A stretch of DNA of 64,000 nucleotides, taken from the NCBI RefSeq assembly GCF_009914755.1, contig NC_060931.1; one strand, given 5' to 3'. Shown piece by piece: positions 51,745-64,000 of the stretch. The notes below the pieces were generated by a model. That model searched no databases. It was not told where the DNA came from and worked only from the letters and a program-made list of their open reading frames with translations. The DNA comes from the human T2T-CHM13v2.0 reference genome, Homo sapiens. Both the position numbers and the translations under genes were made by a program. Within the stretch, counting starts at the first letter, position 1. The number at the start of each line of letters is the position of its first letter.

Positions 51745-53235
51745 AACGTTAACTCTCTCCTAGTGTCACTCTCCACCCTTTCCTCAGGCTAAGCTCATCC
51801 ACTATAACAGTGTCCTTTACCAAACTATTTGCTGATGACTTGCAAATCCACTTCTCCTGCACACATCTCTCTCCTACACTCAGTTATACAAGAACGATAC
51901 TTAGATATAATCTTGATTCTTCATTCTCTATCTTATGCCTATCAATTAATCATCACATACCATATATTCAGTCTCTACCTCTATTTCCAATGTTATTCTC
52001 TTGATGCAAGTCAGCACTAAGCAGGGGAAGGACTGGAACAATCTCAATAGTTTCCTAACTAGTCTTCCTGCTCCCATCAAGCCCTACTAAATCTATGCTT
52101 CATGCTACAGCCAGGAGGGTTTTTCTAAAGCACAGAATCCTGGTAATGTCCCTACTTTGTTAAAACCCATTGCTTTTGTCATAAAGCCCCTGGCACGGCA
52201 CTTAAGACATTTTTTTGGAACTGGTCCTCTGCTTAATCTGTTTATCAGTGATTGAAGAGAATTTTATTGATTGTCTATTATGTGCCAAGCACTGTTCCAG
52301 ATGCTGGTAATATAGCAGTAAACTAGTGTGCAAAATCCCTGCCCATGAGGTCTGTTAATACAGAAAAGTAGAAAACAGATAAACGCATACTTAAGAGTTT
52401 CAGGACTAATAGGTGCTGTAACTAAAACAGATAAGAGAGCTTTACAGAAAGTGACTTGGGATGCTGCTTTAATTCTACAGTGATTGGGGAAGGCCTCCAG
52501 GAAGGGGTGACATTTGACTAGATCTAGAATAATCAGCAGAAACGTGAAAAACGGAAAGAAGACCCTGCCTTTAAAGAGCCTGGGACTGGAATGACCTTGA
52601 TATGTTTGAGGAAGGGAAAAGAAAAGAAAGGAAAAAAAAAAAAAAAAAGAATGACCACAGTAAAGGATATAAGGCTGGAGTGATAAGAAGCGGCCAGATG
52701 CACAGGGCTCTGCAGGCCACTATGCAATTTCAGTTCCATTCTGTGCACTATGGGAAGCTAGCTACTGGAGGGTTTTAAGTAGAGAGAGGAGTGACCTGAT
52801 TTTCACATTAAAAGCTTCCTTCAGCTTTCTTCACTTCCCACTCTCTCCTGATGCTAGGCTTTAGCCATAATGAACTACTTTTGGCCCCACAAATTTCCAT
52901 ACTCTTTCTCCAGGATTGTATACATGTTATTCCTTCAGCTTGGAATATCTTCAATGCCTCCCTCCCGGGCCAGCTTCCGCTTATCCTATGGACCTCTCAG
53001 TGCAGACATCACTGCAGGAAGGAAATCTATTCTCCAAGCTGAAATAGACATCCCTCCTTTCTCGTTTTAAGCTTTAGTATCATAGCCCTTATAGCGACAT
53101 GTTGTGATTGCTTACTTTCCTATCTCTCCCACTGGATCATCAGCTACTTCAAAACCCATGTTGTCTAGTCCGTTCCTGTTTACCCAGCACTAGCTCAGAG
53201 CCCTGATGTTTACATATTTACTGAATAAATGAAGG
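51745..53235 (+). mobile_element. L2 remnant split by an oppositely oriented L2
   Basis: tatttgctgatgacttgcaaatc (RT YADD-like region)...cctaactagtcttcctgc...; resumes ~52816 and ends atatttactgaataaatgaa. Confidence 0.75.
52245..52815 (-). mobile_element. L2 3' portion nested in the plus-strand L2
   Basis: ttttattgattgtctattatgtgccaagcactgttccagatgctgg...ggaaggcctccaggaaggggtgacatttga...ctactggagggttttaagtag. Confidence 0.8.
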
Positions 53236-55759
53236 AGTTTTTTAAAAGTAATAATGACTATTGATTGCTTACAGGGTAGAGATGGCTTAATGGAAACATG
53301 CACAGAATTAGGTGTGCTTAAATTTTTTGTTAATGAAAATAAACAGAGTATGCTGCTAAAGTCCATGTAAATGTTCTGGTACGTTTTTGCCTGATAGCAC
53401 AATTTCATATATTCCTCTGGTCCAGTCTTTTGAATACATTTTCATTCTCGCAGCACATTTCTTCTGCTGCTTTTCTAAATTATTTTCTTGAATGCTAGTG
53501 CTCTTTCCTTGTTATTTTCGTTACCTGCCTAGAATTGTATTTGTTCTTTCCTGGTCACTTCTTATACTTTATGTCCAGCCTTTTTAGCTCTTAAACATCC
53601 ACATTCACTTCCATGCCATTTTGCATTCATCTGGCATAACAGGAATGACCTCTTGTACAGAGAACACACATGCTGCTGCTTTATACCACCATTCATTTGC
53701 ATATAAGCTTTTAATTTAGTAGTCAACTAATTCCTCATTATGCTGGGATTGATTGTCCAGTTAATAAATTATCTAGGTCTCCTCCTTCCTTTTTCTGCTG
53801 TCTTTTGGCCACAGCATTTTTGTATTCTGCTAGATAATACGCAGAGAAGAGAGGAAGTAAAATGCAAATTAATCAATTTTGATCATTTTGAGCAGCTCTC
53901 ATAAGAAGATCTGATGGAAGACAAGGTTGAAATTATTGGCTCAACTGAGAATTATAAGCTGTCTATGGGTGTCATTTATCCATGCTATTCTGATCACCAC
54001 TTAACATGGATAACTGGAAAGAAAACGAACGGAAGAAGAAAAAAGAAATAAAAGTTAGTGAAAAATAAAAAGAAAGAAAAGAGAGCTAAAAGTAAGATAG
54101 ACGTTATATGACAATACTGCTGACCCAATAAGTGAGTGAAGTCAGCCCCGGATTTGAATCAATTTCTTCTACTGTATCTCCTGCTGGGGAAACAATCTGA
54201 ATCTTGGAACAAATAACCACTCATCTGACTGACTTAGCACACCAAGGATGAAAAAACCAACGGGTTGACTATCCGAACTGTTGGGTTTCATAATGGGTCG
54301 CCCTTGTTCAAGTAGATAGAAGCCAATGAAGAGTCCCCAGTCCCTATGCATTCATACAAACAGAGATGCCCACATACATACAACAGTAACGATTATGTTA
54401 CTGATTACAATGGTTTCCTGATCCCAAAGGGACTTAGAGAGTTGAATTCTTTCTTAAAATCTAGAAGATAAACCTAATAGTGCTATAAAATCTCAGGCAC
54501 TTAAATAAAGCAATAGCAAACTATTTTCTGTAAAGAACTCAGGGGATGGAAGTGCTCATACTTAATTCCCTTACGACGAATGTGAAGCCATGTGCATTTA
54601 TGCAGGGTCATTCCTGCATAAATTCAATCCTTCATGTGCAATGTGCCCCCCAATATAATGGCACTCATTAGTGAATTACAAACATTTCTGTGAATATATT
54701 AAAAGGTTTAAGAGAAATTAGCCTTTGTTTATAATTAGGAAACATCAGTGAAAATGTATTTTATTTCATGAACTTTTCTGAATAAATTAAAATTAACAGT
54801 GAAATGCCTTCCCCCTCCCAGTCACACTTCTTCACCTAAGTTCAGACCTTTACATTTCATGCACTGTCTTGTCCCTGTCAAAATCCTTTTGATGTGTTTC
54901 ATGGCAGTTGATGTTCCTGAAGTTATTTTTATACATACAATACAGCAAACGTTCCTATTGAGCAGATCTGCATCTTCACAGGAAGGTATCGAAGACTGTA
55001 CTGTGTTCTTATTTGGGCAACTATTACATTAAAGATGTACACAGAAAAGCAAGTGTTCAGTGAAAGAAGTCTTCCTGAAGGCACTGGGTCATTAGGCGGA
55101 TATAGCGCTCCTGGGACGTCTGACCTTCTATGACATTCTAGGAAGACTTGGGGTTCCTGTGTAGCACATGTCACTTTATGGCAAAAGGAATATCTGTCTG
55201 GCAAAATCACCATGTAATTAACATGAACATTGCTCCCACAGAGCTGTGTTGTTCCTGGTGGGATTTACATAGCACTTGCTCTGTGGGGCCTGTGCTGTAC
55301 TCACAGGGTCTATCAGGGATACTCAGAATTCACCTGCCCAAGGCCTGGGCAGGGGACTGAAATGTTGACAGGAAAAGGGGGAAGACAATGATGGCAATGT
55401 CAAGGGAAAATTAACCTTTGGAAGGTTCTGACGGGAAATATCCAGAGTCTCTTCAAAGAAGGGGTTGCTGTTTTAGTGACTTTGCAGCAGAATTATTAGA
55501 AGTTGAGGGTGAGACTAGGTCAGGAAAACCACTATGAGACTGCTGGTTTGGACGAGAATCTCACTGAGGAGGATCAAGTCACACGTTAGTGTTGATGCTG
55601 TTAGTAAGGGGGATGAGGGAGCTGCCCAGGGCCTTCTTGCTACAGGTTGATGCCTCTAATCAATAAAGCTTTGAGACATAATGAGAAAAAAACAAGGCTC
55701 ATCTTAACAGGAGAAAGCAGGGCTGAACAAATGAAAAGGACCTTGGCAGTGGAGCTACT

Positions 55760-55990
55760 GGAGCAGGGTGGTTGAGAGCAGGGACCACCAGACTGCCTGA
55801 CTCCCAGCTTTGCCACTTTCAGCTGTGTGACCTTGGGCAAGTTACTTAACCTAGCTGGGTCTCAAGTTCCTTATCGGAAAACAAGAAAAATACAATTACC
55901 TATCTATCATGCTGGCCATGAAGCTTACATGAGCTAGAATATGTTCACACATAGAATAGTACCTGATACATATTAAATGTTAACTAAACA
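55760..55990 (+). mobile_element. MIR
   Basis: cagctgtgtgaccttgggcaagttacttaacct (MIR core). Confidence 0.9.
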
Positions 55991-56074
55991 TACGAGGGTA
56001 GAGTTACTCAAAGGACTTATCGAAAAACATCAACACAAAACCCAACGAAGACTCCTATAACACAGAATATATGC

Positions 56075-56275
56075 CAGCTATAATTCTAATGGCTTTACAC
56101 ATATTACAAAGTGTAATCCTCATAAAAACCCTATGAGGTAAGTAATCTTATAACCTCCACTTTACAGATGAGTAACTTGAGACAGATAAAGGTTATACAA
56201 CCTTGAAGTCTAGGATATGTACCCAGCACTTGGTTACAGAAGATGTGCTCTTAACCACTATGCCAGACTTCCTCT
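56075..56275 (-). mobile_element. MIR
   Basis: taatcctcataaaaaccctatgaggtaag...cacttttacagatgagtaacttgagacaga...tgctcttaaccactatgcc. Confidence 0.88.
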
Positions 56276-58860
56276 ATGGTATTAAAGAGAACTCTTAGTC
56301 ATGATCTTTTGATATCGCATCCTGGGATCGGGGCTTTCTTTGAGGTCTAACTCAAAGTAGTGAGGAAATCTAGCAGCATATGAAACCCTCCAAAAGCTGC
56401 CTGGTCTCTTGAGGGTAATTAGGCCTTAATCATCAGAGTCAAGGGGGAGAGAGTGGTTCTGGAATACTGATGTGGTAGAAAATGGAATAAATCTTCCCAA
56501 TGCTCCTGAAGTATCCTTCTCACTTGAGACTTCGTGGAGTCTACACATTGAGAATGGTGATCCATGAGCTTCAGGAATTTGGAAACTGTCTATATGGCAT
56601 GAGGTCCCACATCTGTGGGTAATGCCGAGTACAACCATCGGCCTTCTTGTTCTCAAGGCTCTTCTCTGCTGTCTGGTCAGGAGACTCAGCTCCTGCCTGC
56701 TGGACCCCCAAGGACAGCTTCATTACTTTAAGCAGTCACCCAATTTAACCTACGGCTGCTTTAAGAACAGCACTATCCTGCCCAGGGACTCTGTCGTATC
56801 ATAGCTTACTTTTCCATAGTTTCCACACTATCATCCCTACACTGGCTATGACCAGCTTGGCTACGAGCCCCTTCAATGAGTGTGATGCTGAGGAGTGGGC
56901 AAATCCTCTCTTGAAGGGAATGATGCTTCTCTAACACCAGTGGGTACCATGGAGGAGGCTCTTGTTCAGAAATTATGGCTTTAGACAAGGCTTAACAAGG
57001 TCCACTTCTCTTCAATAGCCAGGCCCCTTGACTGCAATGAGATAGGACCAAGTTGGTCTTGACTCCCCCACTCAAGTCATTTGTAAGCACTATGCAAGCC
57101 CTGGGTGTGGAGCACTGGACAGAAAAGCTCAGACTTCCCATCTTCCCAGTATTACTGGCAGGAGGCCTTATGCCTGCATATTAAGGACCAAGTGCAGTAA
57201 ATGACATGCACTCAGAACTGTGCAAAGGAACACTCCAGTTTCGAACGAGAAGTACTATCGGCCATATTCATTTCTTTTTTTTTTCCCTTTGTCCTTTCAA
57301 ATGTATACTACCCTTAAAATAATTACAAACATGGATTTTTAAAAAGCAATTTAACTTTAAAGCATTGAGGAGATATATATTCCCAAGGCAATGTATAAAT
57401 TCCACGTAACAAGACCTAAAAAAGGGTTCTGGTCATCTTGGAGCAACGTTTCACAAGACACTGTCAAGCAGAAAAAGTGGTATTATTAGTTTAGTCACTG
57501 TGTGCTAGAAAACCAAGGATTTTCAAGGGTGTAAACAAATGAAATGTTGAACCTTTCGATGTTTCAAGGTCTCTATACTGACAAAATGTTCACAACCCGC
57601 CTGGGGCGATAATCTTGCAACTGCTTCAAGCAAAGAGCACTAAATTTACCTCCTAATTGGCTGAGACACAGCCACAAAAAATTCAGGTGTTAGAAAACAG
57701 TAAAAATGAATCATTAGATCACTCTTATCTGAAGACAGCCTGAAACAGCATCTCAATCTAATATTATGAAATACTTCATATAGTGGGTCCTGTCTAGAAC
57801 ATTAAAAAATCAGTCATTACGTATCAGGTGCAGGGACAGATTAAATTTAGAACTCTGGCCAAACACCGTCTGGCAACATATGAGTATAGCTATAGGAACA
57901 ATTTTCCTTGGACTGTATTTCCCAAAGAGTTATAAACACAAAAACAAAAATGCAACTACAACGAAACAACTGTGCTAAAACTTTTAAGCCACTTAACCTG
58001 TTGTTTAGAAACAGAGTTAGCAACTTGGCCATCCAAATTGAGTTCTTAGGTGAGAAAGGACAGGCAGAATTAAATCAGTCATTTCACTTGCAGGTTAATC
58101 TGTCCAGGAGGGCAATTAGGCAAGTGCTCAATGCAGTTAATAGTCTATTCTTTTTTTTTTTTTTTAGTTTCTGTACTACTATTCTTTAAACTATTTTCTG
58201 CTGGAGCTCCAAATCATGACATTGGGTAAAATAAAAAAAAAAAAATGTTTATAAGTAGCCATTTAAAAGGAAGGTAGTATTGGAAACAGACATATTTTCT
58301 TTCTGTATCTCTAGAAATCAAATTACTTTCTTTTTGTCCTTGATAACTGTTGCTGTTTAAGGTTTCTTGTATCCAACAATACTATGGGAAGGGGGAAGGC
58401 TGAAAAACTTTATAAGGGTGCCACATTAAAATATTGTATGGTATTTTATAGTTTTACCAAATTTAAAACCACCAGTCTGCATAATAGGCAGAAAATATTT
58501 TACAGAGAAGATTGTGGAATCAGTAACTGGTAAACCTTCAGTTACCTAAAACCTGTTTTTCCTGAAACAGGGAACTTGTTTGGTTTGATCATGCTCTCTG
58601 GTTGGCTAGCAATTGAAACTGTTCTTCAGTGCTGCAAACCGCATCAAGCAAGCATGGAAAAGGCAAAGTTAGTATGTAAAAATGGTACTAAGTGAATAAC
58701 TCCAGCTGCTTTTCCTGGCCCCAAGGCAAATAGTCATCTATAAAAATATTACTTTAACAGTATTTTTTACTACTTTTATCCAGAAGGAAACAAAAAACCC
58801 TTCACATATTATGAAATAATATAAATCTGTTTTAAAATCTTAGGAAGTTCAATTTAAATA

Positions 58861-59195
58861 TAGTTATGTGCCACATAATGACATTTTAGTCAATGATGGA
58901 CTGCATATATGGTAGCATTTTCATTGATTATAATACCATATTTTTGCTATACCTTTTCTATGTTTAGATGCACAGGTACTTACACTTGTGTTACAAGTGC
59001 CTACGGTATTTAGAACAGTAACATGCTATACAGGTTTGTGGCCTAAGAGCAACAGGCTATACTGTATAGCCTAGGTGTATAGTAGGTATACCATCTAGGT
59101 TTGTGTACATGTGCTATATAATGTTTGCACAATGACAAAAAGGCCTAAGGACTCATTTCTCATAATGATCTCCTGCATTTAGTGATGCGTGACTG
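58861..59195. mobile_element. Tigger3a (MER7A)-like TcMar MITE
   Basis: Degenerate TIRs tagttatgtgccacataatg / catttagtgatgcgtgactg flanked by TA; internal acagtaacatgctatacaggtttgtggcctaagagcaacaggctata. Confidence 0.88.
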
Positions 59196-59229
59196 TACTT
59201 ATGTGTAGAAATACACACATACACATCCT

Positions 59230-59560
59230 TAAATTGTAAACAAAACTCCTTAGTGTAAAAAAATAATGAACTGGTTAAATAAATCAATCCTGGCAAATCC
59301 ATAGGATGGAATACCATGCAGCCAATTAAAATCACACCTTCAATGATTACTTAGTGATATAGGAAAATACTTGTAGCAAGTGAAATGGAAGATATAAAAC
59401 TTTATATGCTGTTTCAATTTTGGAATAAAAATTTATGCATATAGAAAATATGGGTAGGAAATACATTACCATCCCAAGAATTTACTGACTCTTGATAATG
59501 AGATCATGCCTGTTTTCTTTTACTTTTCTGCATTTTCCAAATATTTTACGAGTGCATAAT
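59230..59560 (+). mobile_element. Ancient L1M 3' fragment
   Basis: tggcaaatccataggatggaataccatgcagccaattaaaa...tttactttctgcattttccaaat. Confidence 0.55.
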
Positions 59561-59571
59561 GCTTAAGTCAG

Positions 59572-59572
<1 letters not shown>

Positions 59573-59610
<38 letters not shown>
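59573..59610 (+). repeat. (TG)n microsatellite
   Basis: Uninterrupted TG run of about 19 units. Confidence 0.97.
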
Positions 59611-59611
<1 letters not shown>

Positions 59612-61089
59612 TTCTGATCTAATACAGCTTGTATGTGTAGCTTAAAGTGTGTACATTTACAAAACATAGAACTGATAGTAAGTTGAGTCAATTGCTATGG
59701 GTAGTGTCACCCGAAACAGAAAAATTCTATTTAAATTCCAAGTAAATACTTGATAACAATTGGAAACCTAAAGAAGAGGGCATTTGTATGAAGTGTTTTC
59801 TAAACTTAAACTAGTAGAGAAAACCATGACTAGAGAGCAGCCCATGGAGGTTTTATTTTGGTATTCCAAGACACACACAAAAAATGTTGAATGTTTTAAA
59901 CTTTCAAATACACACATTTGTCTTTAGTTCAAAGCCATACCTAGAGGAACCCTCAAAATACTTTTCATCTTCAAGTTTCGTTCTTTCATAATTGAAAGCT
60001 CTGAAGAATAAAAATATGTTTTGTTTTTGCTACATCTAATGTTACTCTTCTTTACTTGGAGAACAAAACATTAAATGTAGAGTAAAGTAAATGTAAAGTA
60101 TGGCAACCACCAAACAGCTCTCAATTTTCTCCTCTAAAAAAAAAACATGGGAATTGTTCTTAAACAGGAAGCTGTTTCTCCTTGTTAGTATTCCATGCCC
60201 ACGCATTACCCTGGTTCTGTGGAACTCCAGAGGCAACAAAGTCAACTTGCTATTTTAAAATACATGCATAAAATAAGCAAAATACACACATGTAAAAAAA
60301 AACGCATGAAAAATAACTTATTGAGGAAGGAACTTATAAACCTCAAAATATAGTTAAAACATCATACTCCTGCCAATAATAAATAATCCGTAATTTGAAT
60401 AAAATAATTCATAATAAACAGTGACTGTGTATGTGTGTAAATTATCTCTAATGTACACCCTATGGATGTTTAATGAACACCAAAGTCATTAGTAATTCCC
60501 ACTCCAGGGCAGTTAGCATCAGAAGATCATAATCAAGAGTCCACACTACAGAGATGGTTGTGTCATGCACTTCAAATATCACCATTATTTCTGTACAACA
60601 GGGTGAGTTAATTCGCGTAAGTAATGTTAAAAACAATCTTTGATAAAAATGAGTGGTATTTAAGAGAGGCGGTTTCCCAGAAAAATGATACAGGTATCTC
60701 TACGTTCCATGAACGAGAGTCCAGCAGCCCAATAGTCAAATAGCACACTAGGTCTCGAGTTTGCTTTAGCTGTGTGGCCCCCTTAACTGAGGACACCATC
60801 ACCTGAGCAGAGCAGAAGGCTTTCTGATCCTACCACTATAATACTGTTGCATCTTCTAGGGAGTGAAGTTTTCCTTAAAGCTAATTGTTGGAGTAGCTTT
60901 TCCTTAAAGCTAATTGTTGAATTGAGTAGGAATTAACAAGTTGTTGACTAACTGCACTTGCATACTGATAAATGTATGGCAGTATTCAGATTATAACTTG
61001 TTTTCATTTTTAAAATGGGGAAGAGATCTATATCTTCCACTTATCCTCAATTTCTAGAAAGTACCAATATTTCTTTTGAAAGCCTGACG

Positions 61090-61380
61090 ACTATAAAACT
61101 CAGCCCATGGGTCACCTTCTTGGTCAAGCTTTCTCTTTATGCCTCAAGTTGAAAAGACTACTTCTTACTTTATACCTCCCACTGTATCTGGTATTGTGTT
61201 TATTCTATCTTATTGCAGAGGGTTGATTTTTAAAAAAATGTTTGTCTTCCCCACTGATTTTGTGTTTCTTTACACATTGAAGTGTGGACTAGGGACCATG
61301 TAAACTTCATGGTAACTTCCTGCAACTTTCTAAGACAGGGTTTGTTAATATGTGTGGCTATGAATTTGACAGCAGCTCTG
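61090..61380 (+). mobile_element. L2 3' remnant
   Basis: aaaactcagcccatgggtcaccttcttggtcaagctttctc...tgtttgtcttccccactgatt...agggaccatgt. Confidence 0.6.
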
Positions 61381-63130
61381 TGTTAAACATAAGGAAGGTG
61401 TGGGAGGATAAAAGTAGTAAGAAATTAGTATCACTAGAAATTCCTGAGAATGTCTCAAATCCTTTCCCATGGGCCTTCTTATCATTGGCACACCATTCAG
61501 GGATGCATACTTCTTAAGACTGCATTCTTGTGCAACTACCACAGGAGCCCAGCTCGGCAGGTGTGCCTGAAAATCACTTGGTTGGGCCACATCTGGAAAA
61601 CACAGGCAATAACTTCATAAATATGTGAACACAACTCTTCTGAGCTATGACAACCCCACGAGCCATGTTTCCATGGGGGATAAATAGATTTGTAGCAATA
61701 TTAATAAGCAAGATGTAGTCATCCGGGACAATTTGAAAGCAAACCTGCTACTAATGCATATTTCCTACAGTAATATTTTTCCCTACAACCTAGTTTTAAC
61801 CTTGCTGTTCCAATAAGACCCCGTAAATCGAAGTTTCTTTAGCCCGTTAATTTAATATGAATATTCTATACCAAAGATAATATTGAGGAATACTGCTGAG
61901 AAAGCTGCAGAGCTGGAGAATGAACACTGCTTCTAGAATGTCTTATGTTATATAAGCTTCATTCTATAAATATGTTTGGCAGAAGTGTCATTCTGCATTA
62001 ATTTTGCTACAATATGTGTTATTCTGAGGATCTGCAATAGTGGTGGCTTACAGATCCACTATATCAAAATTTCCATATTGACAGTTACAAGGGAGAAAAT
62101 CTTAACGCCAAATAAACTGTTAAAAAAGATATAGTTTGGTGGTTACATATGCAGTCTTATTTTAAATCTAATTAATTATTTTAAGAGACTGAAAATAAGT
62201 CTTTCCTGTTCTAAAGCTTTGACTTGTTTTTCATTTATTGTTCTGTTAGTCTAAAAAGGGAAACCTAACATTTTCTAACTGATGGACAGCAGTGAATTCC
62301 TTTTTACTGAAACACCCACACTTAAAACTTCTTGGCAGTTTTTAAGGTAGTGCTGGGTTAGGAAGAAGATGAGACTATGTCAACTTTACTAAGATGAACA
62401 TCTGGCTTCTAGAGCCACCAAATGAAGGCAAAAATATAGGAGCTGAAAAATATTTTGTCATACAAAAGTTTTCCAGTGAAGAAATCTAATGGACAGAGAG
62501 TCTAGAAGCTTTAAGATATTTTAAATAATTCTATTTAATACTTCTATCTAATAAGAAAAACAGACTTTAAATTTTGTGTTTTTACATATGTGACCAAATA
62601 TAAAACTTAAAGAAAAGAGTGTATTAAACAAAATATAGGAAATAGAATATATCAAACAATTCAGAATTTTGTCTTCAACTTAAGGAACATGTATTTAGCA
62701 TCTATGTCATTATTGGAAGAAGTGCTGGGATATAAAGATGCTGATAATCTCTTATGATGCACGTATTCATCATCGTTTACTTCTGTTGTAAGTTAGTGAA
62801 TGATTTTATTCTCATTGCTGTAGCATTACTATTACCACCAGAATTTAGCTTCTTTTTCAATGTAAAAATAAACTAAAATAGAGCAAACTTATTTTTATTC
62901 CTCCATATTTCAGAAAGCTCTAGGACAGCTGCTCTTAAATTTTAGTGTATACAATAATTACTTGGACAAGAGAACCTTACTGAGAAGAATAAGGATGGAA
63001 CCAAAGAAATTACATTTTAAAATAAGGTAAGCAGAGGATAGAAACACAGGTGCTTTAAGAACCATCATTTTAGATATGTGGCCCTAGAACTGTAACAGCA
63101 TCTATTTTTTTTTCCAAATACTATTCAGCT

Positions 63131-63499
63131 ATAAGTGGTGTGTTGGAAAATGTTTAACACTTTGGTTTCAGTGTGGTGAAGCTGATTTGTAGTGTCTGCC
63201 TATTTTGTGGTGCAAATTCTCTCACCATGGCCAAAATCAAGTCATCGGGTTAAAATGATTGAACATCCAGCTGGGAAGTGGTGCTCAGTGTTATACCATT
63301 TTGTCCACCATGTAGAGTAGTAAAATGCAGTAACATGAATAGAAAGCGAAGTCTTGAGGATTTATTACCTTTAATTATAAGTAACGATTTTATAAAATTT
63401 GACTTTTAATCATGGCTACATTTTAACAATCAATCAAAAAACTGAAAACTTAATAACCATCTCCCAGAAGTCAATACAAACCAGTCCCAGCACAAACTG
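63131..63499. mobile_element. MER63-like hAT DNA transposon
   Basis: agtggtgtgttggaaaatgtttaaca...tgtggtgcaaattctctcaccatggcc...ccagcacaaactgg (inverted termini). Confidence 0.75.
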
Positions 63500-64000
63500 G
63501 CCATAAGAGTCATTTTATTTTGTCCACTTTACAACAGTCTGATATATAAGTAACAAATAAAGGAAGAGATTCTACTAGTTATTCTTATAGCTTTTGTTAT
63601 AAGCAAATAAAATGAAATCAAAGTTATTTTTATATGCAATGAGTGTAAATAATTGTCTTTTCATTCAAACATCTTCTATACCTGAAAAATATAGTAAGTT
63701 ATCAAAAAATACCAATGGAGGCAAAGCAAATTTGGGTCAGCAGGCACTGTTCTTACTAAATTTGAACAATGGAGGTTTAGTTATCGAGAAAAACATGACT
63801 TGAACTGAGGTCTGGCAGGGGGAGAAAGGCATTTCTGACTCAGGGGAATTTTTGGTGATGTGCTACTGTGTGTAGCTAGTTCTTAAACTCCAAACAGCAT
63901 GTGTAGCAAAACAGTCTACAATGCACAGATTTGTGGTATTTCTAGGAACAGACAGATGGCTTATCTAGTACTTCCCAACTTTTACGGTAAGCAAGGAAAA

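Noticed and set aside
56400-57250. GC-richer stretch that might be an old retroelement interior or processed pseudogene
   Set aside because: No protein or repeat similarity I can identify by eye; needs BLASTX/Dfam.

Overview
AT-rich primate (most likely human/hominoid) genomic DNA, intronic or intergenic, dominated by interspersed repeats: nine Alus (J, S and Y types), a full-length but inactivated L1PA7/8-like LINE-1 (27793-34228), an internally deleted L1PB-like LINE-1, a MaLR (MST/MLT1A-type) provirus carrying several nested insertions (17941-26014), solo LTRs (THE1D-like, MLT2A1-like, an ERV1-class LTR, LTR33-like), DNA transposon fossils and many MIR/L2 remnants. I found no recognisable host protein-coding exon, RNA gene or CRISPR array; the ORF-track entries I could assign are repeat-derived, and the rest look like chance ORFs. 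I cannot support a new biological system here. The most notable observations are (i) a ~235-bp inverted copy of nearby DNA inserted into an LTR, with a duplicated junction (template-switch signature), (ii) a strong minus-strand polypyrimidine-AG|GTAAGT motif resembling a recursive splice site, (iii) a fold-back inverted duplication inside an L1, (iv) an L1 lacking its whole RT domain through a microhomology deletion and carrying a tiny L1 3'-end insertion with a short transduced tail. Repeat subfamily names come from recalled consensus sequences and boundaries of old repeats (MIR, L2, L1M) are approximate; RepeatMasker/Dfam should confirm them.
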